Assembly (NCBI RefSeq): GCF_000143415.4
Contig: NW_003314386.1
Location: 274,791-338,790, forward strand
Direction of reading: 5' to 3'
Length of the DNA stretch: 64,000 nucleotides
DNA from: Selaginella moellendorffii
Lineage: Eukaryota > Plantae > Lycopodiophyta
Shown here: one piece after another, positions 1 through 12,006 of the stretch
Layout of the letters: each line of letters opens with the position of its first letter
Numbering within the stretch: position 1 is the stretch's first letter
Program-made: the position numbers and the translations under genes
The notes under the pieces: generated by a model
What the model was told of the DNA's origin: nothing
Databases searched by the model: none
Seen by the model: the letters and a program-made list of their open reading frames with translations, nothing else

Positions 1-3000
1 AGAACAAATCAAGTGTCGGAGTAACACTTGCAAAGATGGTCCTTGTGAGTAGGACATGAATACAAAGAGTTGTATTCCAATGAGCTAGCACCTCAAAAGT
101 AGGACTTCATGAGTCGTCAGATTAACAAAGTCCAAAAAGTTAAATGACTCCAATAGAGTCAAGGAATAATCCTAAGGGATGGTGTAGTGCCCCACGAAGG
201 ATGGGGAGGATCTTGAGATCCAAGCATGAAAACAATGTATATCTTATTGATGGCAGAAGGTGCCATGCTAAAGTCGTGGGAAAGAGTTTTCCGGAAGAAA
301 ACAACTTTAACACAAAGTTGTGCATAAACTCTATAGTGCAATGCTAATGGATAATTGGCATAAGAGACAACCATATTGGTCTTGGCAAAAATACCTAGAC
401 ACAAGTAAAAAGTGTTATAAAAGTAGGCTTGTGGAGCTGATGGTGTGGAGACACCGAAGGTGCCAAGGCATGCTGCCTTAAGATCAAGTTGGCAGGTTCA
501 TGAGAACCCCGTCCAAAGGAATCCCAATGGAAATGGGAATGGCATAGCCTAAGCTAGAAGGCATGCGGTTAAAGTGTGGTGACCTAGATAATGATGGAGG
601 TGTGGAAGCACCAGTAATGAGTTGTAGGACTTGACAACTATGAGGCAACTAAGCAAAAGGTGCAAAATAATTTGTTAAACTGTTAAACTTAAGATTTATT
701 ATTGGGATAAAAAAGTTAGATATACCCTTATGGGGGATAAATTACTTATGTTGCGATATAAAAAGTCAATGTCGAAAGGGGAATGCTCATTGTCAGAAAG
801 ACCATCATTAGGACACCCAAACACTCTAGAACACCAGAAGGTGGTGTTTGGTGTCATGAGGGTAATGAATAATGCCCAAGGGACAAAATCCCTAGCAAAT
901 GATGGATAGGAGGTGCTATCCAAATGTCCAAGGTTGTGGAGACGAGAAAAGTCCATCTACCCAAATTGGACAAAGCCAAAAAGGGGATTTTGGCAAGGCT
1001 AGTGATGAGCATATGAAGGCCCATAAGTAGCAATGATAATCCTAGTGTGTGGGATTATGAGGTGAGCAAACCCGGATTGAGGAACCACTTCCTAGGCTGT
1101 CGGGTAGGTTCATCCCTATGAATACTTGCCAAGGCATGGTAGAAAGTGCAAAGCTATCTTCCTAGTCTAGAGAAGAATAACCGAAGGAAATGTATGAAGC
1201 CAAAAGGCAAGTAGTAAAGGGATAAAATCGAACCATAGAAATTGACAGGCATTACCAAGGGTGGTTATAGAAGTTGGGAGTGGAGAATCAAGTGGGTGCT
1301 CAAGCATATTGTTACTAGCAATCGGGATGCCTTGGAGAGTCTAAAACATGGGATTGTCCATGTTAGACTATATGGTAATTGGAAAGTTTGCGAATTGAGA
1401 GACTTTAGCAAGCTAAGGAACAGAGTTCCTTGAACGTTCCCCTAGGTAGATAAGTACCTAGACATCCAAGTGTAAATGGTTTATAGAGCGCGCGAAATCA
1501 GAGTGGCGCAGCAGAAGCGTGGTCTTGAAGCTTGCCAAAAGGCAAGGCTATCAAGGTTAGGGAAGTAGTTCCCGAGTGTTCAAAGAGAGGGCTTTGAACG
1601 AAAGTTGATGATTAAGGACTTTCACGCTTATGCATGAACCATGTTACAGTGGTCGGATGACTTGCTAAGTGAGATTGGCAAGTCAGAGGAACGAATACCC
1701 TAGTTGAAGGAGCCAACTTCAAAGGGGTGGCCTATGGGGCCAAGCATGGAGGAGTCCATGCATGATCACAGACTAGTCAAGTGAAAAGATTTGGCAGTGC
1801 AGAGGAACTAGGTTTCTAAGCGGTGATCTATAGTGCGCTTTAAATATAAGTTAGTGCACCGACGTGGGGAGTCATGCCAAACATCCGATGTGATGCCGTC
1901 CGTAGATGCATATACGGAGGTTGGGTTCGAGTCCCGACCCTCTAGTGCTTGGGTTCGAGTCCTAAATCACTAGGGCGTGGTGATGGTTTGGAAAATGAGG
2001 ATACTCATTTTTCGGTGGTCATGGACTCTCAGTGAGGAGACTGATTTGGGCACACCGCTAAATGAGGGATGCCTTAGAGTCATGATGCACGGTTAAATTG
2101 CTTAGTGTGGCTCGGCATATCTAACTTGAATACTTGGTGCGAGTGGCACCAAGAACGGGGTGAATGAGATGGGGACACCCAGTCTCAGTTGCTATGGACC
2201 CTTGGCCGGATGGGCTGGCTTGGGTGCACCGCCAAGTGTGGGGGATGCCCCCGGGGTCATGGTTAACAATTTAAAAGTCTAGAAGACCTAGTACCTATTG
2301 GCAAACTTGTTAAGGTGCCAAGGTTAGATCACTAAGTAATCTTCAAAATAAGGACAAGGTCCTTGTGAGGTTAAGGGATAAAGTTCCAAGTTCAAAGTGT
2401 TGATTGGAACTATTGATGATGGTGTGGTTTGGTCAAGATGACCAAGTGAGAAAAACACTTTAGGGAAATGAGATATGTCAATGCGATGGCATAGTGAGTC
2501 CGAGGAAAGTAGTCTCTATAAGAGACCCATGGGAGGGCCACAAAATTGGGCCGTGGATAGAGCCTACAGTAGAAAATGCTAAAGAGACGTACTAGGGGTA
2601 AACACCCTCCGGACTTGGCAAAGGAGAGTCTTTGCTATGGAACCGAAAGGATACCTTGAAAATGGAGGTAGCGATCCTATGTTGCTGGGTGCAACAATCA
2701 AGGATATGAGCAAAAGACTAGTGGCTAAGTAAAGAGCCATGGGAATCATGGGAAAGAATCCAAATGGCAAAGTTAGGCTAAGAATACTAAAGTGTTGGGT
2801 GCTAACGGATTGTGGGAAAGGCAATGTATTCCCAAGGATGGATTCCCAATTGCTCCAATGTGGCGAAAGTGGAAGCTCCAAGGGTGGGAGCGATAAGGTA
2901 GCCAAATGATAGGGATGTGGACAGCCCTAGCACAAAATATGATAATTGGAACTTAGTGCCAAAGGTGGCACGAAATCGAAGAGAGGATGATAGTGCCCTC

Positions 3001-5100
3001 AAGTAGAGAACTTTCTAGGATGGGGAAGTGGAGTTGCACAATATGTGCAATGCAAGGTGTTGGAGACACCCAGGAAATTGACTTCGAAAAATCAGAATTA
3101 AAAGTTCCAAAGTGCAAGGGTTATATCAATAGAAAGTGAGACTACTCGAGAATGAGTAATGGGATTGAGTTAGAGAAGGTGTCTCTAACAGGTTTAGTGA
3201 GAACTAAACCAATAAAAGGAGAGAACCATCACAAGTGGTCGAATGAGCCTTTAAGTTGGAGAGGCTATGCTCTTTAGAGGGTGGACAAGGCATGGTGAGC
3301 CTTTGGTGTCAAACCATAGACAAATATTGGTTGGGTGCCAAGGATGGAAATGGTAAAACATGCGGGTGTTACTTTACGAAAAGGGTTTACCATTCGATGA
3401 GGACATCAAACTTCGTCTATGGGTGGCGGAGTTGTGAGACACAAAATCCCTAGGCCCCAAAGTGGAGCCGAAAGGGTGCCACGTGGTAGTGGCCAAAGCA
3501 AAAGCCAAACGAGTGTAACATGTTTGGACTAAAAACTTCGACTTGAAAAGGTCGAGAGTGGGAGTGGAACTCCCAACGAAGTGCTCAAGGAACAAGCACG
3601 AAGTGAAAGATAAGTGAGTCTCTAGAAAAGGGACACAAGAGGACCGACACATGAAACGTCGAAGTGTCCAAGATGGACCTAAGATGGAGTCCGAGATGAA
3701 CCTAAGATAGAGTCCGAAATGGAGTCCGAGATGGATCCGAGATGGACCCAAGATGGAGCCCGAGATGGACCCGAGATGGAGTCTGAGATGGAGCCCGAGA
3801 TGGAGTCTGAGATGGAGCCCGAGATGGAGTCCGAGATGGACCCGAGATGGAGTCTGAAGTCGAGACCGAGACCAGGACCAAGACCGGGACCGAGACCGAG
3901 ACCGGGACCGAGACCAGGACCGAGACCGGGACCGAGGCCGGGACCGAGGCCGAGGCCGGGACTGAGGCCGAGGCCGAGACCGAGCCTGAGCCCGAGCCCG
4001 AGCCCGAGCCAGAGCCCGAGCCCGAGCCAGAGCCCGAGCCCGAGCCTGAGTCTGAGTCCGAGTCCAAGTTTGAGTCCAAGTCCGAGTTCAAGTCTAAGAG
4101 GGTGAAAGCCCAAAGCGTTCGTCTCCCAGACCCTAGGGGGTTTGGTGAGCTCCAAAAGTATAGTGAGGGGGAGAACTGCAGTGGAGCCAATTTGGCCAGG
4201 AAAGGCCAGTTTGGCCCAGGAAGGCTGTACCTAGTGTTGGGTGATGAGCTGCCCATTGGGAAGTCCAAGACTAGAGTGAACACGGACCAACAAGCAGGGT
4301 AGCTTGGTGAAGTGTTCAAGAGCCAGTTCTAATTCCCCTAGGAGATCGACTGGCCGATGCTCCCAGTTCAAGTGTGGGTGGCACTACCTACTTGGATACC
4401 TGGCGTGGCTCAATGGAACCTCGCTCTAAGCCCATGGCTAGAGCACATAAAGGCGAAAGGCGGGGAGAGTACCCATGAAGCTTGCATAAGGCCACAATGT
4501 TCCGAAATGTTGTCCCAAAGTCCCAAATGGTGAAAAGAAAGAGGAGCAATCCTCTAGTGCTGTGACCAAGGATACGGTCACATGGTGAGGAAATCCCAAA
4601 GGATAATGGGATGTAGAGGTTGGGCCTTGAGCTAGTGGTAGTGTTGGCGAACAAGGCCATGGACAAAAAGGGACTTGATGGGGACTGGAAAAGAGTTGTC
4701 GAGGAAGGCTATTCCCCATGTTTGCAGGCATCCTAAGGATGCTAAGGAGTAGATTTGGGATGATCACTCATGGATGGATGGTCAATCTTTGAGAGACGGG
4801 ACTATGATGCAAGTGGCGTTAGACCACCGGTGTGACCAAGGTGAATGGCCATAGCCTTAGTGTAACAGGCCAATATGTCGGTGGTACCTTGGGGTGTTGG
4901 TCATGGGATTGGACACGTGGAGCACTTGGACCAAGTGCAAAGGTTGAGTGGCATGGATGCCATTCTCAGAGCTAACAAGCCCTAAATCCTAACTGGGACT
5001 TATGGAGGTTGTGAATGAGAGTCCTCCAAGTGGTCAAAGGTGTAGTTAAGTGACTAAAGTAAAATGGAAAAATTAATCACTTACATGTTTTTGTCCCATT
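1..5100 (+). mobile_element. Highly degenerate retroelement-like region (probably Ty3/gypsy gag-protease part)
   Basis: Purine-rich + strand with stops in all frames. Near 4810-4970 a frameshifted ALD(h)TGVT followed by LSGMDAIL resembles a retropepsin DTG...DAILG motif pair. Boundaries approximate. Confidence 0.35.
3670..4095 (+). repeat. Compound minisatellite: 11-12 bp GAGTCCGAGATG units grading into 6 bp GAGACC/GGGACC/GAGGCC/GAGCCC/GAGTCT units
   Basis: Directly visible. It explains the overlapping low-complexity ORFs (ESEM, ETGT, EPEP, GLGL). Confidence 0.95.
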
Positions 5101-5821
5101 TGTACACGGCCCAGGTGTTTGGTAGATTCTACTTGGACAAGTGGAAGAATGTTTATTAAATACTAATCCCAAAACTTAGCATCGGCAACTTATGGCAATT
5201 GTGAAGGTAAACTCAACTTTGTTAGTAGTATTGGATCATGACTATTAAAGAATTTATATAGTAAAGCACAAACAGAACTTTACAACCCTATGACATATGC
5301 ATACCGAAAAGACAGTAAATAATCATCCCAATCCAAATGTTGAAAATTCATATGCTTTATAATCATCCCTTTGAAACATCAGTCATAAATGCAAGACCAT
5401 TATCTAAAAGAACTCGCTCCGGATAGGAATACTGAAACATCACTCGATAAAGGAGGAAGTATCTAACAACAGTTATAGATACATTAGTAAATATAATTAT
5501 GAACATGAACATAGAACACAAACACAAGCTTTAAGTTTCAGAAACCCAACCACAAAACACAATCATGGCTCATGATGGCTCACAAATATTCTAGTGAATA
5601 TTCTAAAAATATTTTATTTTTAATTCTAGTAATGTAGTACTTTTTATTATATATAAACTACTCAAACATCCTACAAATCATCATTATCTTCAACCTCACA
5701 ATCTTTAACATTGTTTCCATCTTCCTCTTCCTCTTCCTCTCCTAACTTAAGCTTGTCTTTTGGATGAGAAATTGTCTCTAGTATTTTGTAGCTCACAAAC
5801 TTGTTGTAGTCACGGTCATTT

Positions 5822-6290
5822 TTGCAGGTTAACAACCTGCTATTGCAAGCCACAAAAACCAAATTTGTTGTCCTGTCCACAGTAAGTCTATTCTATCTAG
5901 CCAATGCCTGGAATGCTATGATGTCTGCATTTGCCTTGCACAGGCATCTTCTAGTCGCCTTAGATTTGTTCCACAACATGCTGCATCGGACGGTCGTGTC
6001 ATGGAACACCATCATCGCCGTGCTCATCCAAGCCGCCCATTTTGAAGCCGCAATAAATGCATATGAAAGGATGCCGGAGCACAATGCAATGTTGGGCACT
6101 ACAGTGCTCGCGGCGTACGAGCATGACAGGTACGTTGGCAGTGCGGAGGACGCCAAGGCCATCTTTGATGGCCTTCAAGAGTGCGATATCATGGCATAGA
6201 CGGCCATAATGAGGGCGTACAGATTACACGGCATGCTCGATGAAGCAAGGGTAGCATTCAACAAGATGCCTGCGTGGAGCATTGTGATGT
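5822..6290 (+). pseudogene. PLS-type PPR gene fragment
   Basis: AWNAMMSAFA, MLHRTVVSWNTIIA, AKAIFDGLQECDIMA*; after the stop the frame continues HGMLDEARVAFNKMP. No proper N-terminus. Confidence 0.85.
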
Positions 6291-6339
6291 GTACATCTTT
6301 GGACAATATTGAAATCATATATTTAAAGTTTCAAAACCC

Positions 6340-8900
6340 ACCGAGCAGTATGACTAACCAAGTTCTTCCACTTCAATAACGAAGTAACTACAACATGATC
6401 ACCTTCTAGCAACATTTGAGAACTATATAGATATGCATGAAGTTTCTCAAAACCTCAAACTACTGCTAAACACTCCTTTGTCATAGAGTAATTCACCTCC
6501 ACCAATTGTAATGTACAAGTAATATTTATAATGGGATGACATTGACTAAATAGACTTAGGCTCTTTTGCATCAACACACCTCTAAAACCAATATCAAAAG
6601 TATTCATGCACAAAATGAAAAATTGAGTGTAGTCAAGATATGCCAAAATTGGAGGAGTCATCAATAGGTTTTTTGAGATCTATAAATACTTGCTCACAAT
6701 CCACAAACTAGATGAAAGATGACATTGATGATTTTACCAACTTTCGCAACAGTGTAATGTGATAAGAAAAATGTTTAATAAACAACTGAGATACTATATC
6801 TTGCCTAGAAATAGTTGCCTATCATTCACATAATTCAAAGTAAGGACCTTACAAACATCACGGATGTGTTCTTCCCACATCCCCTCTGGATCAAGACATT
6901 ATTGATGAAGTCAACAATCACTTTTGGCATATTTCAAAGAATCTCGTCTATCATCCATTAGAAAATTGTTAGAGTATTGTTCAAACCAAACAGCATCACC
7001 AAGAACTCGTATAAATCAAATAATATACGAAAAACAATCTTAAGAATATTTTCCTTGGCCATTAGCAGTTGTCAGTACCCAAAAGCAAGATCTAACTTGG
7101 TGAACTAACGACTTCTCTCTAGACAATCTAAAAGATCAACAGTGTGAAGAAGAGGGTACATATTCAAGATCATCACTTCGTTTAATAAGCAATAGTTGAT
7201 ACAAAAATAAATACTCCTATCAGGCTTTGTTACAAAATGAGGTTAACATCCCTAAAAACTCTGTGACTTTTGAATAACACCCTTTTCCAACATCTTTTTA
7301 ATGTTTCTATATAAAATCTTGAACTCTTTTTATAATTGATAATGAATAGAAACCTTGATTAGACAAGCATCCTTAGTTGGAATAGGATGATGTATTGCAA
7401 TCTTGGCCTAAAATAATTAATCAAATTCAAAGAGATCAATACTCTTTCATAAAATAATCAACAACTACAATACAAAGACTATCTAAAGGATTTAAAGAGA
7501 GAATAAAGGAACAAAATAGAAATATAGAAAGAAGTAATAAAGGGAAAAAAATGATGGAAGCAAAGGTAGAAGTAAAGGGATGAAAAGAAATAGAAGTGAG
7601 AGGAACAAAAGAAATATAAGGAAATATAAAACAAGGGGGAAAAGCCTCAAAATCACACTTGGTATATTTGCACCACAACCAATCCATACCTAGGATGAGG
7701 TCAAAAGCTTGACTCGACACCACTTGCAATAATTGTAACTCAAGCTTGAGGTCGCCTATATGCACAATTAGGTCTACCTCATTCTATGCATATTTATGTG
7801 TATAGCCTTTGCCATAAAGAATGAAAACTAGTTCTACCAGACAATACAAATATAGCTGATAACATATGGTAACAGGTTAAACAATAGAAAATAAATTAGA
7901 GCCTATATCAACTAACATAGAAAGAATAATAGAAAACTTTTTGTTATAAAAATGAGCTTGGAAAGTAAACACTAGATGAACTAATGCTGAGTGAACTCTT
8001 TGATGATACTCCTAAAAGAAAGATGGAAAAGTCATTGACTTATTCGTGTAAAGGCCCTCCACTATTCGCATGACTCTTCATTTCCCAAAAGTATTTTATT
8101 GTCTAGACCTTCCACTGCAATAGCACCAACAAGATATAATAGATGCCAAAGTCTCCACCTAAGAAATGAAAGTTGCCAATCTAGAAAATGTTAACAATGC
8201 CGATAATTATGACTAGCTTCATCACACACCCAACAGTGGATATTACAACCATAACCACGTCCTCTCCCTTGTCTTTGAACTTGGGCAGCAGTAGCATTAA
8301 CCTCCATTAAAACAAAATTATCACCCACCGAAAGTGGAGCTGAAGGATTTATAGCAAGAAGTGGAAAAAGCAATGTTTCATAATGTTGTGATAGGTAAAA
8401 AGCATTATCAAGAGTGGTTGGAGCAAGTGCATGCATACAGCCTTGACAAAGTGTTAGCCACAACATTCCTAACTTGATCTGCTTTGACATATTTAGCTTT
8501 ACATGAAGCAATAGGTTTAAAAAATGAATGCTAAATTGCATCACTAACTCAGATGGCCCTTGACGAAGATGATGCAATTATTGAAAGGCATCATCACAAT
8601 CATTAATATGTCTAAATGTGCATTTGAAAATGTCCATGAGAAAACTCCAATCCGCACAAGTGGCTGTGCTCAAACCATTATACCATTATAATGTTGTTCT
8701 TTGGAGACATGAGGGAAACTCACATAAACAACAAGTGGCTAAAGTTCTTCTATAAGAATCTTGGGGATGATATGTATCATTGGTTTGATCACTTTACAGG
8801 GGATGATGAACGTAAGAGCAAGAGGAGTTATATCACACACCATAAATGCCACTATTATTGGGTTTAATTATTCAATTATAACCACATAGCATCAAATAAC
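6340..8900 (-). mobile_element. Degenerate Ty3/gypsy LTR-retrotransposon internal region (gag-PR-RT-RNaseH)
   Basis: Minus-strand order: gag with zinc knuckle CWVCDEASHNYRHC (8191-8577), protease FDLILGMDWL (7436-7765), RT remnants (YPL..., FTKLDLAFGY), RNase H PILAYLDYTQFFILCMNTFDIGFRGVLMQ...NYSMTKECLAVV (6455-6664). Many stops. Confidence 0.9.
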
Positions 8901-9419
8901 TGCAACAATTATTGCTCTAAAGTCAAAGGAAGAGGAGGCTACTGCTCCACCATGAAGATGAACAAAAAGGAAAAAAGCAAAAGAGAAAAAATTAAAAAAA
9001 ATCATAAAGAAAGGAATATTAAATGATGCAAAAGCTAGATCTAAATTAAAAACCAAAATCTTAAATTTAAGCACTTATCAAGGACAATCAAAATTGCTCC
9101 TCTCCTCCACCAATGTGAGTGCATAGAATATAGAATGTGGAACACAGAAATGTCTATATCAATAGCCCAAAAACCCTAATTTATATACAAAATTGATTAG
9201 TCCAAATTGAAATCAATTTGATAGCTATCAAAATCCCACTATGCTAATATTAATATCACACGTGGACCTCACACATTTAAAATAAATATAGATATTTTTT
9301 ATATAGATTTTTTAACATATAAATATATGTCATTTCAATCATTTAGTGAATATTTGCCACTCCCATGTTATAAAGTGACCCACAGGAGGAGCCGAATAAT
9401 GACAACATTGCCTTTATGT

Positions 9420-10345
9420 CTAATCTTGCATTGTGATGGTCAGCAAGAGCTTGGAAGCCAACACAAAAAATGCCACATAACACTATCAAGACACAACTAT
9501 CTCAGAAAATTAAGAATGATTGATCTCGGTAAGATTTTATTTGGCCTTGGCTTACAAATCTTGCATGATAGGGACCACAAAGTACTACAGGCACATCAAT
9601 ATAAGTATATCTCCAATGTTCAATTTTCTGAAGGAGTACTGACATTTTCTCACTCAGTGCATTGCACCTATTGCTGCTCTGGAACTCTCAAAGACAGATG
9701 CTCAACGTTTTGAGGAGGAGAAACAGAAGATGGCAACTCTGCCATACCAGAACGTGGTAGGAGCTTCGATGTATCTGGCCTCTACAAGCCATCCCAACAT
9801 AGCAGTCGCGGTCTCTCGTGTATGTCAATTCATGCAAGATCCAGGAAAGTGTCACTGGTATATGGTGGAACGAATCTTTAACTAAGTACAGCATTCTATA
9901 TCACATACAAGAGCACAGTGTCAGGTGACATTGGATCAAGAGCTATAATACTATATGAAATGGTTGATGCAAACTTAACAGGAGATCTCAATGACAGATG
10001 ATCTACAAGTGGGTACGTTTTCAAGGTTTGTTATGCTGTTATGTCGTGGCACAGTCAGAAGCAGCAAATGGTTACATTATCCACTTGCAAAGCAGAATAT
10101 AATGCAGTAACAGAAGCAGTAAAAGAGGCTCTTTGGATTCGAACGTTTTTGTTGGACCCAAGCATGCTAACAAGCCCCTCACAGCAAGGCATTTTCAGCT
10201 CTCCTTTCATTCCTGGTGGCTGTGCCCCATCTCCCTGTTAGACAGATCCCTTCATCGTCCATGACTTCTCCACATAAAAAATTGCTACATACACAGTGCT
10301 AGACGAGTTGAGCTAGAAATTCATTGCCCTCGTGACAGAACAAGG
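9420..10345 (+). mobile_element. Degenerate Ty1/copia RT-RNase H fragment
   Basis: MIDLGKILFGLGLQI, YQNVVGASMYLA, DANLTGDLNDR*STSGYVF, SWHSQKQQMVTLSTCKAEYNAVTEAVKEALW are copia RT/RNase H motifs. Confidence 0.9.
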
Positions 10346-11548
10346 GACACTCGAATTGCATTAAGCTTAAGGTGCCTCTCTGGCTGTATACATCTTTATG
10401 CTCCTCTGATCAGATCTTGAAGATTTGATTGCAAATGTGTCCCTTACTACGTTTGTGTCTTTCCCAAGCTTGTCAAGATGAGTGAGGATTCTGAGTGGTG
10501 TGCTCGTCGGTGCCACTCTTGGTGGATCGATCATGGATTCCAGTGGAAACGAGCTCCTCCAGCTCAAGAGAATGAGCAATGTGTTTATGAAGTTACTTAG
10601 TCAAAGTTTTATGAATTGCTGAATAGAAAGAGTTATCTTCATGAGTAGATCAGCGACTATGTTGATTGTTGACAGATGCTTCAGCTAATTTGTTCTCGGA
10701 CGAAGCATATCAAAATGCTTATTCCTCCCATGATGGACTCGGTTCAGGATTGATTGTAGACATGTGTTGTTGTTCATGAAGGATAATTTGCAGCCTATTC
10801 AAGGAAAGTGGGATCATGGAACAATCTCTTGAGGTAGCTTACGTGGTTTGCTTTGTTCCTTGCTTGTTGAGCTTAGTGCAACTTCCTTGATTTGTTACCT
10901 CATTAGGTTCGGGGGGCGGGGGGCGGGGGGGCCTGGAGGTAAATTCAATTTCAACACATGATAGCTTTCAAACAACCAATTATGGAAACCAATGGGAACT
11001 AAGTTGAATTATTAATGTGGCATAGCTCAGTCTCACAATAGTTTATACCCAACTCTATTGGTGGATGAACAATCCAATTCTCTTCACAATGATAGATCAC
11101 AATGATAGAAAGAGCTGACGTTGAAAGATAAAAAAAGCAATGGCATGTAGCTCCTACAAGCCAATTATCCCTTTACACCTCGAACTTCAAACACGAAACT
11201 GAGCGCCAAAGTTATCCAGCACCACTATGTTCATGCTAGAACCACTAGAAGATTAAAAAACTGCATTCTCCCACTCCCTTCTTGCGGACACTTAGATTCC
11301 AAGATTCCTGCTGAAGTGAATCAGACGAGAATGATATTGATGGGATCTCTGAGCTGCTCATGTATCTATAATGGTGACAAGGTTATGCTAGACTTACGTT
11401 TATGGTGATATCAACAGCGAAAGAATCGAATGGAAGCTTTTCATCAGTCCAAACAGTCCTTCTGGGAGAGATTCATCACTATAAGGTGTGTTTCCAATTT
11501 CGTTTTCCTTTGTTTCTCGACATTTCTTCAAGGATTTATGGAGTGAAT

Positions 11549-11723
11549 TTTAGAGAGGGAGAGAGGCAGGAGAGATACACCATCAAGTTGGAAAGGAAGC
11601 GCAGACAAGGAGGGGCACGCTAGAATGCGTTGTCGCTACAAGCAGAAGTTTCTGGGCCGCTATGTGAAGCCACCACTGGAAGAGACGGAGCAAGATCAAG
11701 TTGTCAATACTGCTGCTGGGTGA
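11549..11723 (+). pseudogene. 3'-terminal fragment of the BUP/At5g04480-like gene (copy 0)
   Basis: Diverged copy of ~21207-21381 (ERERQERYTIKLERKR...RYVKPPLEETEQDQVVNTAAG*) with a frameshift, followed by the same 3' flank. Confidence 0.85.
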
Positions 11724-12006
11724 ACAGATTCTTGGGTGATTGTTTTGAGAGCCAGGAGAGCTCTTTCGACGCGAATTGTATACGGCAAGTGGACGACTGA
11801 CAAAAGGTAGAATTTTACCGGTCATATCCTACTGATGAGATTTTCCAGCGTGATGATGGTTCTTGGAAACTCTAGCTCAGTGCACGTTCGCCGCAAAGAA
11901 CGACCAAGCTTTTGTATAGCGCTGAAGAATCCGATCAAAACACACTCGAGTAAAGAACACAGGCAGGCAAATCGCGCGAGCAAAACTAGAACGGGGGGAT
12001 TGATCT

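Noticed and set aside
3670-3860. Possible CRISPR-like array
   Set aside because: Contiguous short tandem units with no unique spacers; eukaryotic context.
3679-4319. Overlapping ORFs with GLGL/SGSG/RPGP/EPEP repeats
   Set aside because: Products of the stop-free minisatellite; no domain evidence.
10490-11490. Exon-like fragments and a G-run at ~10910-10932
   Set aside because: Stops in all frames and no family recognised; the G-run alone is not evidence of function.
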